Below are positions 11,441 through 23,225 of a stretch of DNA of 64,000 nucleotides, one piece after another. Source of the stretch: Vicugna vicugna (taxonomy: Eukaryota); assembly GCA_013265495.1 (NCBI GenBank), contig MU060965.1, positions 124,001 through 188,000 of the forward strand, written 5' to 3'. The notes beneath the pieces are model-generated. The model did no database searches, had not been told where the DNA came from, and saw nothing but the letters and a program-made list of their open reading frames with translations. How positions within the stretch are numbered: position 1 is the stretch's first letter; each line of letters begins with the position of its first letter. The translations under genes and the position numbers were made by a program.

Positions 11441-12599
11441 TCCAGTGTTACTAGGAAAGGCACAACTCGGCACCAGCCCGGTGGAGGCCACGCCGGGGCC
11501 CGTCCAGATGGGGCTCACGCTCCCCCCCGCCCCCGTGGGTTGGGGCCACCACTGTCCCAGCACTGGACGTGTCTGCCCACAGGAAGCACCCTGGGGTCTC
11601 AGCGTGTCACTGGCCGTGGGTCTGAGCCCAGCCTCCTGCCCCCTGGCCTCCCCGAGAGGTCAGCAAGGGGGCGGGAGCTCCAGCTCCGTGACCCGTGTGT
11701 GACCAGCCCCTCCCCTGAGACCGTCTGGGGCCCACCTGAGTCACCCGGGCAGGTGTGGCCCGGAAGGGGCCCTCTAGGAATACCGAAGGCCCACGTGGCC
11801 ACACAGGAAACCCCGAGGGCTTCTGCAGCTGCTGAACTGGGCGGGAGCCTGAATCTAGCGCTTGCTTCCCAGAGTCCCCAGCTCCGCATCCCCACCGCCC
11901 TTCTCCCTGCGACCGCCTGCTGCTGCTGCTGCCTTGGACCGCGGTGCGGCCTCTGGGCGCCACATCCAGGAGGGTGTCTGTTGGTTCCCGGCGGTTGGTC
12001 AGTGCCCCTTCCTCCTGAGGCTGTGTTGTTCCTGGGGGGTAACTCGGACCCCACCCCGGCTCCAACCCGGGAACTGTTAACAGGAGGCCCTGAGCCCCCA
12101 CGCCCCCTCCCAGGGGGCTGGCTTGCTGGGGTTGGCAGCCAGGTGCCTCCGTGGTTCTGATAGGTGAGGGCTTCTGGGGTCAGGACGAGCCCCCAGGGGA
12201 GTGAGACAGAGGAGGGGAGAGAGGAGGCTCCGGTGGGGGAGACGAGATCCTTGCTGAAGGCTGTTTATTTCTAACCTCCTCACCAGCCTCCCCGGCCATG
12301 TGCCAAGTACCTGGCATCCGCCAGGCGGTGAGCAGCCAGGCCCTCAGCGTCTGCCTTTCATTTTTGTTGCATCCTTTCTGCCCTTCTCGGGCCCCTGGTG
12401 CACCGGCCTGAGCTGCCCGGCTGTGCGCCTGAGCCTCGGCTCCCCCAGGCGCCTCGTGGAGTTAGTGCTGCCACCGCTTCGTGACTGCGAAGGCCAGGTG
12501 CGGGCAGCTCTCTCCTCTGCACAAGATTGGAATGCGGTGTTGAGAATGACAGCACAGGCTTAGGCACAGGGTAAATTGCCTCTGGACCCAGTTGCACTG

Positions 12600-13700
12600 G
12601 GGGGCCCGTGGGGTTCCCTCACGGCCAGGCAGCCCTGCGGGGCACTCAAGGATTCAGCTCAGTCCTGACACTGCCCCCCTGGAGAGGGTTGGAGCCCACA
12701 GGTCAGGGCCCAGCCCCACACGGCCACCCTCTGCTCCAGACGCCCACCACCCAAGACCAGGGTCACCCGTGCTCCTGACCGCCGGCTGCAGCGCAGAGGC
12801 CTGCACGACCCCGCGGGTCCTGTTCATTTGTCAGAGCGCTCACGGGACTCAGAAACACGTTCTTACTAAATCACCTGTGTATTATAAAAGCAGACAATTC
12901 AGTGTACTGGGCAAGGGGAGAGCCCCGTCATAGAGCCAAGCTCCGCCGCAGGCGCTGGCAGCGGGGTGAGGGCTTCCCGCAGGTGCCAAGCACGGGGTGG
13001 GACGCCAGCCTCAGACCCATCCCGCTTGGTCATTGTTGGGGGCTTTTAGGGGAAGAACAAAGAGGCCGGGGCTGATCACCTCCCCTGACGTTTCTCAGTC
13101 CCAGGTTCGGGAGTCAAGACGTCCCGGGGTTGAGAGTCTCAGGCTCGGGGTCTGTGAGCTCTTCTTGCCCCGGGGAGACAACCTGAGTTTGTGCGTAAAT
13201 ACGATGCCTGTGATGGCAATCTTAGTGCCTGGACGATGCTATCTGTTCTGACAGCAGCAGTTTTCATCATCTGACTCCGGTTGATCTGTGCTCCGTGAGC
13301 GCTGGATTGAGGTCAGAGGGGACAAGAAAGGGGACAGTTCAGGATGGAGGTGAATTGTATGCTGGGTGAGGAGCTTGGTTTTAGGGGCCTTGGCAAAAGC
13401 AGCCAAAGGTTTTAGGGGGCTCGGCAGGAGCAGCCAGATGGAAGAGATCACAGGGTGAGGAGTGGGGAGGGGACGTGGAGGGTCTAAATCCTCACCCCAT
13501 CTCCACGTGTTCGCTGACCGGGAAGTTCTCCAGACCCCGCCCTTTAGGGTTTTGTGGTGTGGGCGTGTCCCGTGCTTGGCTGAGAAGTCTTACGGAAAAC
13601 TTTGGGGACATTGCAAGCTCTTTTTTCAATTTACATCTTTAAACCTCTCTTGTACCGGCTGAATTCATTAGTGACCCAGTGTCATAGGGGTTGTGAGTCT
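12600..13700 (+). mobile_element. Fragmented/nested ERV LTR relics (MER21-like)
   Basis: ggattcagctcagtcctgacactg..., ctcacgggactcagaaacac...tattataaaag, cagccagatggaagagat and catctccacgtgttc...gaagttctccagacccc match MER21-type blocks as recalled; intervening 12900-13430 unassigned. Confidence 0.45.
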
Positions 13701-13734
13701 GAATCTGTCTCTGGTGGTGACTTGTATCTATCGC

Positions 13735-13865
13735 TTTATTCCATCCGCAGTTAAGGAGCGCCCACCGTGGACCAGGTGTCGTGCTGGCCGCGGGGAGTGC
13801 AGAAACAGCGAGACGACAAAAATAAGAAATGGTCTCTTCCCTCTGGGAACTTAAAGTCTGGCGGC
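13735..13865 (+). mobile_element. L2 3' fragment
   Basis: tttattccatcc...gagcgcccaccgtggaccaggtgtcgtgctgg...ggtctcttccctctgggaacttaaagtctgg resembles the L2 terminal region; strand tentative. Confidence 0.5.
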
Positions 13866-16021
13866 TGAAAGGGGCCCGGTTTCCCGCAGGGAACGTGGAG
13901 GGGCCTTGCCGGCGGAAGCGGACGGATTTTCTGGGATGTGCGGGTCCTGCCGGAACCAGACACGGTCCCGACGCCCTGAGTGGGTTTCCTTGGGGGCAGC
14001 TGAGCTGGGGGCCTTCTCCTCCCCCAGCTGGTGCTTCCAGAAGGAAACTCTGGACCGATCAGCCAGCCTCCTGGCTCCGTCGGCTCGCGGTAGGGCCCTG
14101 TAGGAGCCAGGGTCACAGGGGCCTTGCTTAGGGGTGAGCTCACACTCCTGTTCTTCGCACGAGTGCCCTACCTCCTTGACTCCTAGCTCAGAAGTGGGTA
14201 ATGGTTGCACTGTGGTTCTAGCCAGGGCCCCACTCAGGTGAGCAAAGGAAAGACATCTTTTTTTCTCCCTCTTTCCTAGAGCAAGTGTTGGCAGCCTTTT
14301 ATTGGGAAGGGCAGGTCTTTTAAGTTTAGGGGGCCTGAGGGTCTACAGCACGGTATTCCAGGCGCAAGGGCCTGCAGGGTCTGTGGTCCCGCGGGACGGT
14401 GACCGTGGCTGATTTGTCGTGACGGGGCGGCTGTGAGCCGGTCACACCGTGTTTACCCAACAGCCCTGCTCGGTCCTGGACTGGCCCCTACGACGTAAGC
14501 TTCCACGTAGCCTGGACCAGAACTGCTGGTCATCGCTTCCTCCGTCTGTCCTGGTGTCTTCACTGAGGGGTTGGATCTCCTGGAGGGACTGTGCGTACGC
14601 ATCGTTCGAAACGTTAATATGCGGGGCGAGCCGGCGGTGACGGTCCCCTCCAGGAGGCCCTCGCCGCCCAGGGATGGCGAGTCGGGCAGTCTGAGTGATG
14701 GCGGCGGGGGGCGTGAGGCAGGGTTTGGGTGCCTTTTCTCACGGACTTGAGGCAAGAGCTTTCCTCCCTCTTGAAGCCAAGGGTAGGGCCCCGCCATCCT
14801 CAGAACCCAGGAGGCAGAACCTTAAGCACTGGAGGACATCCTTGCCGGGTGCGCCCCAGGATGCTCTGGCCTCAGGTACCTCCAGTCTCTGACCGAGCCG
14901 ACTCTCACTCCGTCACAGATCAGTAACCGTTCGTACAACCAGGGTCACCCAGTCCCTAACCCGGCCCTGCAGCCTCCACGGGTTTGCCTGGGCTCTGCTC
15001 GCCGCCCGTGTCCCCGGCCTGGGGGGTCCGGGAGCCCGGCTGTCCCTAGTCCGCCTCTGTTGTTGGCAGGTGCCGTCAGGCCCCTTGAGGCCAGCAGGCC
15101 GCCTCCTCACAGGAGGTCTCCGAACTTGTTGGCTGCCTTGCCGCCTCTTCAAAAGCCAGCGGAGGCCACGGCAGGGCTGCTGTTTTGGAAGCTCTGTGAA
15201 CCGCTCTTCTGGCCGGCGCTGAATGCGACCTGAAGCAAACTGGGAAAAACAACCGCTCTGAAGTGGCTCATACGTATGAAGAAGCAGGTCCGTGAGCCGT
15301 AGCCGCGGTCCCTACCGCTGCGCTGGCCAGCGTTTGCTCGTGAGGAAACGCAGCCCTGAGCCTCAGTCACAGGCTCGGATCTCGGCGCGGGGCGCGGAGG
15401 GCGCCCCCTTCCTCGTGACTGTTCCCGGGTGAGCGTGCGCTCGGGCGCTGTTGGGGGGGCGCTTCTCCACGGGGACGAGATGATCTGCCCCCAGCCTGGG
15501 CCGGGCAGTGGACCGAGGGGCTGTCCTCGGGCAGCCACCTCAGGGCAGGAGGGCCTCCCGCAGGAAAGCGGCACGGGCCCCCTCAGGGCCAACCCGCAGC
15601 GACTTCCTCATGGGGTTTTGTCTTCGCATGTACGTGGGGTGCCCAGGGGCCTCGTGGGAGGACAGGGAGGCGGGCTCCTGACCAACGCGCGTTCTCCGAG
15701 CGAGCTCCCACGGCACGCGGGGTCCGGCAGTTCCCGCTCTGGCCCTGGATTTAGGTGGGACGTCCTCTGCCTCCTGCTCAAGGGGCACAGGAGTTCACCT
15801 CCGCACGTCGCTGTCTCTGTGACTGGCGGGGAGGGTGGAGCGCACGGGAAATTAGGGCCCTGGTGCCCATTTGGAGGGATTACAGAGGTGGGCTCACGTC
15901 CCCGCGGCAGAGGGGCCCGCAGGAGAAGCCAGCCCGGCGGCCCGCCTGGGGGCCGCCGCCTTCCAGCCGCGGAGCTGCCCGCTGAGCCGGCGGGTGAATG
16001 CAGGCTTGGGCCCCGTTCCAC

Positions 16022-16205
16022 TGCCCTGGGTTTGAACGTGACGCTCTCGCTCAGCAGATGTTTGGCCTTTGGCGAGATATGTATTTAGTTTTTCTTAGCC
16101 TTGGGTTTTCTCGTCTGTAAAGCGGGGCTTGTAACAAGGCCTTCTTCACAGGAACATTTACACCAATGGAATGAGGAAGTGTATGTAAAGCAGTTAAATC
16201 GTGGC
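16022..16205 (+). mobile_element. MIR
   Basis: ctgggtttgaac...ccttgggttttctcgtctgtaaagcgggg...gtatgtaaagcagtta; MIR core and tail. Confidence 0.7.
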
Positions 16206-17025
16206 CACGTGTTGAAAGGATTAGCCAATTTTTACGTGCTTATGGGGCAGAACATCTCCCCCGAGATGAGCGCCCGCAGCAGCTGAGCTGTGTCTTAGCT
16301 TTGCCTCCGTTTCTGGAGAACAGTGTAGGCAGCGCTAGCCGCTCGCGCCGCCCAGCTCAGAGGGTCAGGCTGTGGAAGAGGGAAGAGCTGCTAATTACGA
16401 GCTGTAGTCCTTTTTCCAGGAAGGACCTGAAGCAGCTGACTGGAATTTAAAAAAACAAATCAGATGAGTGTGCAGCTACACACAACAGGAAAAGTTCCGT
16501 TCTGAGACGCACACAGAAAAGTGAATTAACCTGGCAACACAAACTGAGTGAAAATGTGTGTGGCACGTTCATGTTGATTACACCTCCGAGCGCGTGGGTT
16601 GGAGAGTCTGCCCTAGTGCTGTTCACCCGGCAGAGTGTCCGTCGTAGAGGGGGAGGCGGACAGCAAACAGATCACTTGCTGGGTCGCACGGCGGCCAGCG
16701 CCGGATGCTGGCAGGGATGTGGAGCTGTCGGAACGCACACAAATATACCGCTTGTGGGCGTGTAAACCAAGGACCACTTCAGACAACTGTTGGGCAACAT
16801 CCAGGGAAGTTAAATGTTTACCCTGGAAACAACCCGGACGTCCGTCAGCAGCAGGAAAAAAGTAACTCGTGACGCGTCTGGATGATGGCACAGCACACGG
16901 GGCGCAAAAGGAATGACAGCACACGCGGCTCACAGGCCAGGGTGAGCCAGGGAAGCCGCGCTGAAAGGTGCCTTTGGTACCGTCCCATTGAGTTTAGGCT
17001 CAAGCCAGGCCTGGGGCCACGATGC

Positions 17026-17078
17026 CAGCCCCCAGCCCCAGCCCCTCAGCCCCCAGCTTCCTCCCCCAGCCCCCAGCC
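17026..17078 (+). repeat. Imperfect (CAGCCCC/CAGCCCCC)n tandem repeat
   Basis: cagcccccagccccagcccctcagcccccagcttcctcccccagcccccagccc. Confidence 0.85.
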
Positions 17079-20074
17079 CGGGTGTTCTGTTTCTCGATCT
17101 AAGTCTGGGTCCCCAGGTGAAGGCCATGCGGCACACCTGGGATGGGCACTTTTTGTACGTAAGTCACTTTTCAAGAGGATGTTCTTTAAGGGAGTACAGG
17201 GTATGTCATAGGGCGGGCAGCATCATGGGGAGCCCCCCGGGGGGATGGGAGCTGGGGGGTTGCGGGCCCTGGGGGGAGCGGCAGGGGACCAGGGGAGCCT
17301 TGGGCGGTGGTCAGGAGGGCAGTGGGCTCGTTCACCTTTTACTCTCACTCTGAGTGCACGGGAGCCTTAGAGGATCTGGGAAGGGGTGGGAAGTGGGGGA
17401 CCTTGCTTCCAGGAGCGCCCCGACCCCGGGAGGTGCTGAGAGCAGCTGCGGACTCAGGCGCTGCTGGGCTCGTCCATGGGTGTGCGCTGGCTCCCGGTGA
17501 CCGGCGGCCTCCTGCTTGTGTCCTCTACAGCTGGGTTCGCCCGGCTCCAGGAGGCGCTGCCCTGCACGACCTTCCAGAGCCTTCTACGCCCTTGAGTGAG
17601 CACTAGTTTTCAATCTCATAAACCTCATCAAAGTAAGACAAGAACTAAAAATTGGCTCGAGTGTGTAAAAGTGACGCTAATGACAGTAACTGACATGAAG
17701 ACCATGATTCACGCCTCACAACCACCTCCTTCCTCGTGAGTGCCCAGACTCGCTCTGTTTTGCTTTATTTGGGTGGCGTGTTCCCCGTAAGGCAGCTGGC
17801 CTTCCAAGGGGCCCCGAGTGTGGCCATATCTTACAGGCTCCAGTGCGTCTTCTCAGCCTGAAAACCACAAGGAGCGTTCTTGGGTTCTGACCTTGAGACA
17901 TTGTGGTTTTCTATTCACAGAACACGCATTTTCCAAATCCTTTATTGCATCTACTGGGAGAGGGGTCAGAAACTCAAGAATTGACTAGAAGTTGGATAAA
18001 GTTAACTGAAGCTGATCTGGTTCGGTTTTTAAGCTCAAGTAGCGTAGTTTGTAGCAGAGGGAAGGCCGACCGCCTTCCAGGTGCAGAAGGGCCCCGAAGC
18101 GCCGTCACTCGCAGCTCTGCCTCCTGCAGAGGAGACCCCGGGGACAGAGCAGAGCTTGTGACGCCGTCACCGCGGCGGGAGACGCAGTGCTGGGCGAGGG
18201 GCCCGGGGATGTTTCGGGACTGTGACTCTTCACGTAGATGCTGCAGATTCCTGTGGAGTGAGGGGTTTGAAAATCCATTTACTCTGACTTGTGTGGTTTG
18301 AGGGAAAAAAATTAGTCGTCGTTTATCTGCTCCGGTCTCAGCGTGTCCCTGGGAGGTTAGTCATCCAGGGGAGTTGCTGCGATTTGGGGGATTTGCGAGG
18401 GACTCTGACCCGGGGTCTACAGAGAAAGGAGGTGTGTTTGTTCGGTGCAGGTCACGGTGAACCAATCTGCACGTTTAAAGCCCCTTCTGTGCCTGTGCGG
18501 AGAGCGGCCACTTCAGTCGCGACTCTGCTCGCGACTGGTGACACTGGCCAGACCTCCAGTCGGGGTAATTTTGCTGCTTGACTCTTTGAGGTGAGAAGTG
18601 CCTTCCTCTTCGTCAGGAAAGGTCGTAAGAGAACCCGGAAGCATCACTATTTTTTAACCGGATTTGGGATGATCCAGGAGGGGGTGACTTGAGTTTTCTC
18701 TGCGCTGACGCCTTTTCATGGTGACTTCAGGGATGATGGTTTGTTGGTTTGATGGTCTGTGCATCACAAGCACAGGGAAAGACCTGACCGTCCCCGTTTG
18801 GAGACCCCCGGACACGCCGCCCCTGTGAGAGGGAGAGCTTTGTCATGGCCAGCAGTTCACAGTGCCCCCACCCCGCCCTCTGCTCACCACCCGCCTTGTC
18901 CGGTGGCCTCTCACTTTCCCGGGAACACGGACTCCTGCACAGTTCTCACCTGGCCGACGTGTCGTCCTGGTGTGTCGGGTGCAGTGCAGTGTGTCCCCGA
19001 GTCCTCAGCTGGAGTTAGAGACGCGACGGTGCAGGGACCGCTGGAAGGTAAAGCCTGCAGGCCGCGATCACAGGAGACACGGGGCCAAGCTGTGCACTTC
19101 CAAACATGCTTGTAGCGTTAAAGGCACCTGAACCGCTTCACAGTGAATTTCAGGGCATGGAGTCAGCTTTAGCCAAATCGAAAGTCTTTAAAATGAGGAA
19201 ATGATGTCTGAAAAAGTCATGCTAAATCGCAGTATTTGAAACCACGTGGAAGGAGAGTGATTGTAACTATACCCCGGGTGTAACCCTGGTAGGTAACCAA
19301 ATAGTAAAGGGGTGGGTTTAAGCCGGAGGAGGAACTGTGGACAGGATGGTAGCAGGGCCTCCCTGCCCCCGGACGAGGCTCTCAGCTGGGTGCGTCTCTG
19401 GAAGAGCCGTGGCGACGGGAGTGGATTTTTGGTCTTTGCTCAGCTGTGACGCTAAGGTCTCCTGGGTGCAGGAGGGGACGTGTGATTGCCTGACGGTGAA
19501 CTTGCAGGTGGGTTTCGTATTGGCGTCCAGCAGCTGCGCGTTAGTGGCAGGGCCTGGGGTGTCACAGGGCGAGACGCTGGCAGTGCGGTGGGCCCTCCAC
19601 CGTCTGCCTTGCCTCCAGAGCCCCGCGTGCACCCCGCTGTGCTCTGTCCCCTGCCCTCAGGAGTGCGGCCACCCTGCCTGGGCGCAGCGAGCAAATTCGT
19701 TGTACTCTATGGGCTCATTTTTCTCTCCTTACCTAAAATGAAAGGAAATAAAACAAAAAATGAACCTACATGGCGCTGGTTTGTCTAACTTCTGTTCCCT
19801 TTACTGTTTGACACTGTCCTCGGCCCCCGCATTAAGGCAGGTGGCCCACGAGACCCTAGGTCCGATCCCACCCTGCAGGCGAGCGGCTCGCTGTCCCAGG
19901 TCTCCTCTTCCTCAACCATGGCATGAAGACCGTCCGAACACCCCTGGGCGCTTAAGGCGGTGCCCGGCACAGGGAGACGATCCACGCTGGTGACGTACCG
20001 ACGGGAGATCGGCACTGGGTCCATCAAGGACCTGCTAGACTTGAGGTCAGCTGGAAACAGAGTTAAAAACAGAA

Positions 20075-20205
20075 TGTGCTGCCTTCAGTACCTTGTAATA
20101 ACCTGTAATGAAAAAGAATGTGAAGAGAATACGTATGTGTAACTGAATCACTGTGCCGTACGCCAGAAGCTAGCACAATTCTGTAAACCAGCTGTGCTTC
20201 AAACA
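20075..20205 (+). mobile_element. L1 3' terminus (cetartiodactyl-type tail), sense
   Basis: cttgtaataacctgtaatgaaaaagaatgtgaagagaatacgtatgtgtaactgaatcactgtgccgtacgccagaagctagcacaa; same family as the antisense copies at 29596, 51956 and 63571. Confidence 0.8.
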
Positions 20206-20774
20206 GAACCAGAGTTTGGCTCCTTATGGTTTTGGCCCGTCATCTGCAGTTACGTTTAGCGTGTTGTCACGGCCCTGCTGACCGTCCAGCCGTCATTCAG
20301 TCCGCAGGCACAGGAGTGAGTACCGAGAAGCCACTGTGCGCCCCGTGTGCTGAGGATGAAGAGACACATACATAAATAAATGCCCTGCGTTTAAAGAGAC
20401 GTCTTACACTCTGTCTATAATTTCTAGAGGTTCCTAGTCACAGTTACATTAAAATCATATGGAAACTTTAAAAAAAGAAGACGCCGGTTGAAGGTCGGTG
20501 GTACCTTCACGAGAGGAGCGGCACTTCCCGCCCGTGGGATTACTCAGCAGTTCCACGTGTGCGTGGGAGAATCTTCAAGTCACATTTTTGTCAAGATAGA
20601 TAATAAAAGGGTGAGAGTCTGGAGAAAGACAGAACGTAGAATTTCAGCCCAAGAGGGAGCGATCATGCATTCATTTAGAAACACTAAATTACAGTAGCTC
20701 AAAAAAAAAAAAAAACCCACCCAGGTCCCACCACAGGTAAATGAGAAGCTTTGAGAGGCAGGCCCAGGCCTTGT

Positions 20775-21440
20775 TTTTTCATTAACACGTGTTGTCTGAT
20801 TGTATGACGGAGCGCACGGCACCAGTTTGCCGTCCTGGCCGTTTGAGGGGCACAGGCAGCGGTGCGGTGGTGCACAGCAGACCGCCCCAGCTGAACTCCG
20901 ACCCCCTAAATTCCCATGCTCTCCCCTCCCCCGAGCCCATCTGCTTTCTGTCTCTAGGAATCGGGGCCTCGTACAGGTGCAGTCCTACGGTGTTTGTCCT
21001 GTGGTGACTGGCTGACTTCACTGAGCGTGACGTCCTCAAGATTCACCCACGTTGTAGGGCGTCAGGATTCCTCTCCTTCTGAAGGCTGAGTAGCACTCGG
21101 CCGTCTGCGCAGACCACACTTGCTCGTCCATCCGTCTGTTGGTGGATGTTTGGGTCTCGGGCCCCGTCCGTGTGAGCGCCACGTCATCGCACCGCCTTCC
21201 ACGTCCTCCCCGGGGCTCGTCGCTCTCCGAGTTGAGAGTGGCCTTCCGGACGGTGGCGTCTCCTGGAGGCTCTGATTCGCATTTCTCTGTGGTTGGTGGT
21301 CAGAGCAGCGTGGCGCCCTTTCCTGCGCTTACAGACCATTGGCGTATCTTCTTTGTAGAGACGTAGGTCCAAGTCCTTTGCCCAGTTTTCGACTGCTCGT
21401 TTATTTTGTTGTTCTGTTGAGTTGTATTGGTTTTTAAACC
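20775..21440 (-). mobile_element. L1M 3' end fragment
   Basis: ctgctttctgtctct...ttgtcctgtggtgactggctgacttcactgagcgtgacgtcctcaagattcacccacgttgtag...tctgattcgcatttctctg...gaccattggcgtatcttctttg...aagtcctttgcccagtttt. Confidence 0.8.
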
Positions 21441-23147
21441 AATACAAACCTACGTGAGGCTGATGTGGTACCAGGGTTGGGAGCCACTGATCTGGCTGTA
21501 AAACCAGTGGCAGGGCTGAGAGTCTGGGTTTGTGCCGGGACGTAGGCTGGCTGTTCAGGAGGTTGGGGGAGGGGCGGGAGGCTGTGTCTGGACGACTGAC
21601 TGCAGGAAGTGGGTCCCCGCTGGGTGTGTTGACCGGGGCATCAGCTCTGAGTCAGGGCCAGGGTGTGGACAGGGCAGTGGTTCACCTGCAGGTGCTGGTA
21701 GAAGCTTGAGCATAAATGGGCCATTGAGGGGGACCAGTCAGAGAGCAAGGAAAGAACTCTTGACCCCCAGGCCCTGAATGGGGGCCGGGCAGAAACACAG
21801 ACAGCGAGGCGAGGGTGCGAGGCGGCCCGTCCCGCAGGCTGGCCTCCGGAGCGCGGAGCCCTGATGGCGAAAATGCACTCCACTCGGCGTGTGGGCGGAT
21901 TATGCCAAGACACAGCGAAGGCGAGACAGTTTTTTTGGCAGTGTTCCAAAGAAACTGCTTTCTTAGAGAGTGTATTATGCGCACATTTCACAGATCCTTT
22001 GTAGCTTCTGCAAAAAAGAAAAGGACTGTGTGCAAAATGGAAGAGGTGGGATGAATTTATAAAACTTTTATGGCAGAGGTAGAAGCCATCACACAGGGTG
22101 AGACGGGTCTTTATTACCTTTTAATTTTGATGGTCAAGCAGTAGACATTTATTCTGAGAAGTAATCCTTAATCTGAATGCAGTTTTAACCTTACGGGAGT
22201 GCATGCTTTTTATGTTGCTGTTAATCTGAATAAGCAGTTGGGTTGTCAGCCAGTTGCAGACGTAGCGCAAACAATGTTGTAAAACTGTGTCATCAGCTGG
22301 AAATGCTGCCTGACGTCAGTGCCGTCGGTGTTTGTGCCGTTAAAACTTGCGTGTGGTCGGCCCTCGCTGCTGCGGGAGCTTCACCGTCACGCTGGGGTCT
22401 TAACAACTTCAGTTTGTTAAGACAGGCATCACCGCACCTGTCCCGGGGCTCTGACGAGTTCCGGAAAAACAACACAGATGCGCAGCTTAGCAGACAGACT
22501 GTCTCCAGCCCCTGGGGGCTCCCGCGGCCCGTCCTGACCAGTGACCTCGCCTGCGTTTTTGCGCACGTGTGAGTCTGTCACCGCATTTCTTGGTTTAGCT
22601 GTATTCTCGCGACGTAGACCCAGTGTTGCTCAAAGGCTTAATCCATTTTTGTGAGAGGAGTTGCCAGCTGTTCGCAGTGTTCTGAGTCCACAGGTGAAAA
22701 CAGGAAAGGAGACAAGTGAAAAGGAAGTGGCAATGCAGGCACGCTTTGAGGGCAGTGCTGGCCCTAGATGTTAAACAGAGGAAGCTGGAAAACCGGCTCC
22801 TGGGAAGGTGGGCGCTTTGCTGGGCAGGGAGCAGCGAGGAGGGACACTGGGGCTGGGAGAGGGGACAGGCCACCGTGCCGTCGGGGAGGGGCTCGGCCGC
22901 CGTCACCCTGCGTGAACGTGTCCGTGTTGCCTCTGCTCGGCCAGCTGACACCTCGGGGACCAGAAGGCCTGGGGAGGACGCTGGGCCGGCTCCCAGATGA
23001 AAGCCGTCTGCCGGGCGGGGCTGATCCTGACTGCGTGTGAGCAGCCCTCCCCTTTCCAACAGACAGGGCTGTTGTCACCGCCGCCCCAGACTTCCCCTAA
23101 GCCCGTCCTCTCCAGTCCTTACTCTTCACTGCGGTCTGCGGGGCGGG

Positions 23148-23225
23148 CCTCACTGTTGCTCCGTTTTGCAGATGGGAATCGAGGCACAGAGGAGGGAAGT
23201 TGCCCTTGTGATGCTGCCAGTGGGT
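23148..23225 (-). mobile_element. MIR core fragment
   Basis: ccgttttgcagatgggaatcgaggcacagaggagggaagttgccc. Confidence 0.55.
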
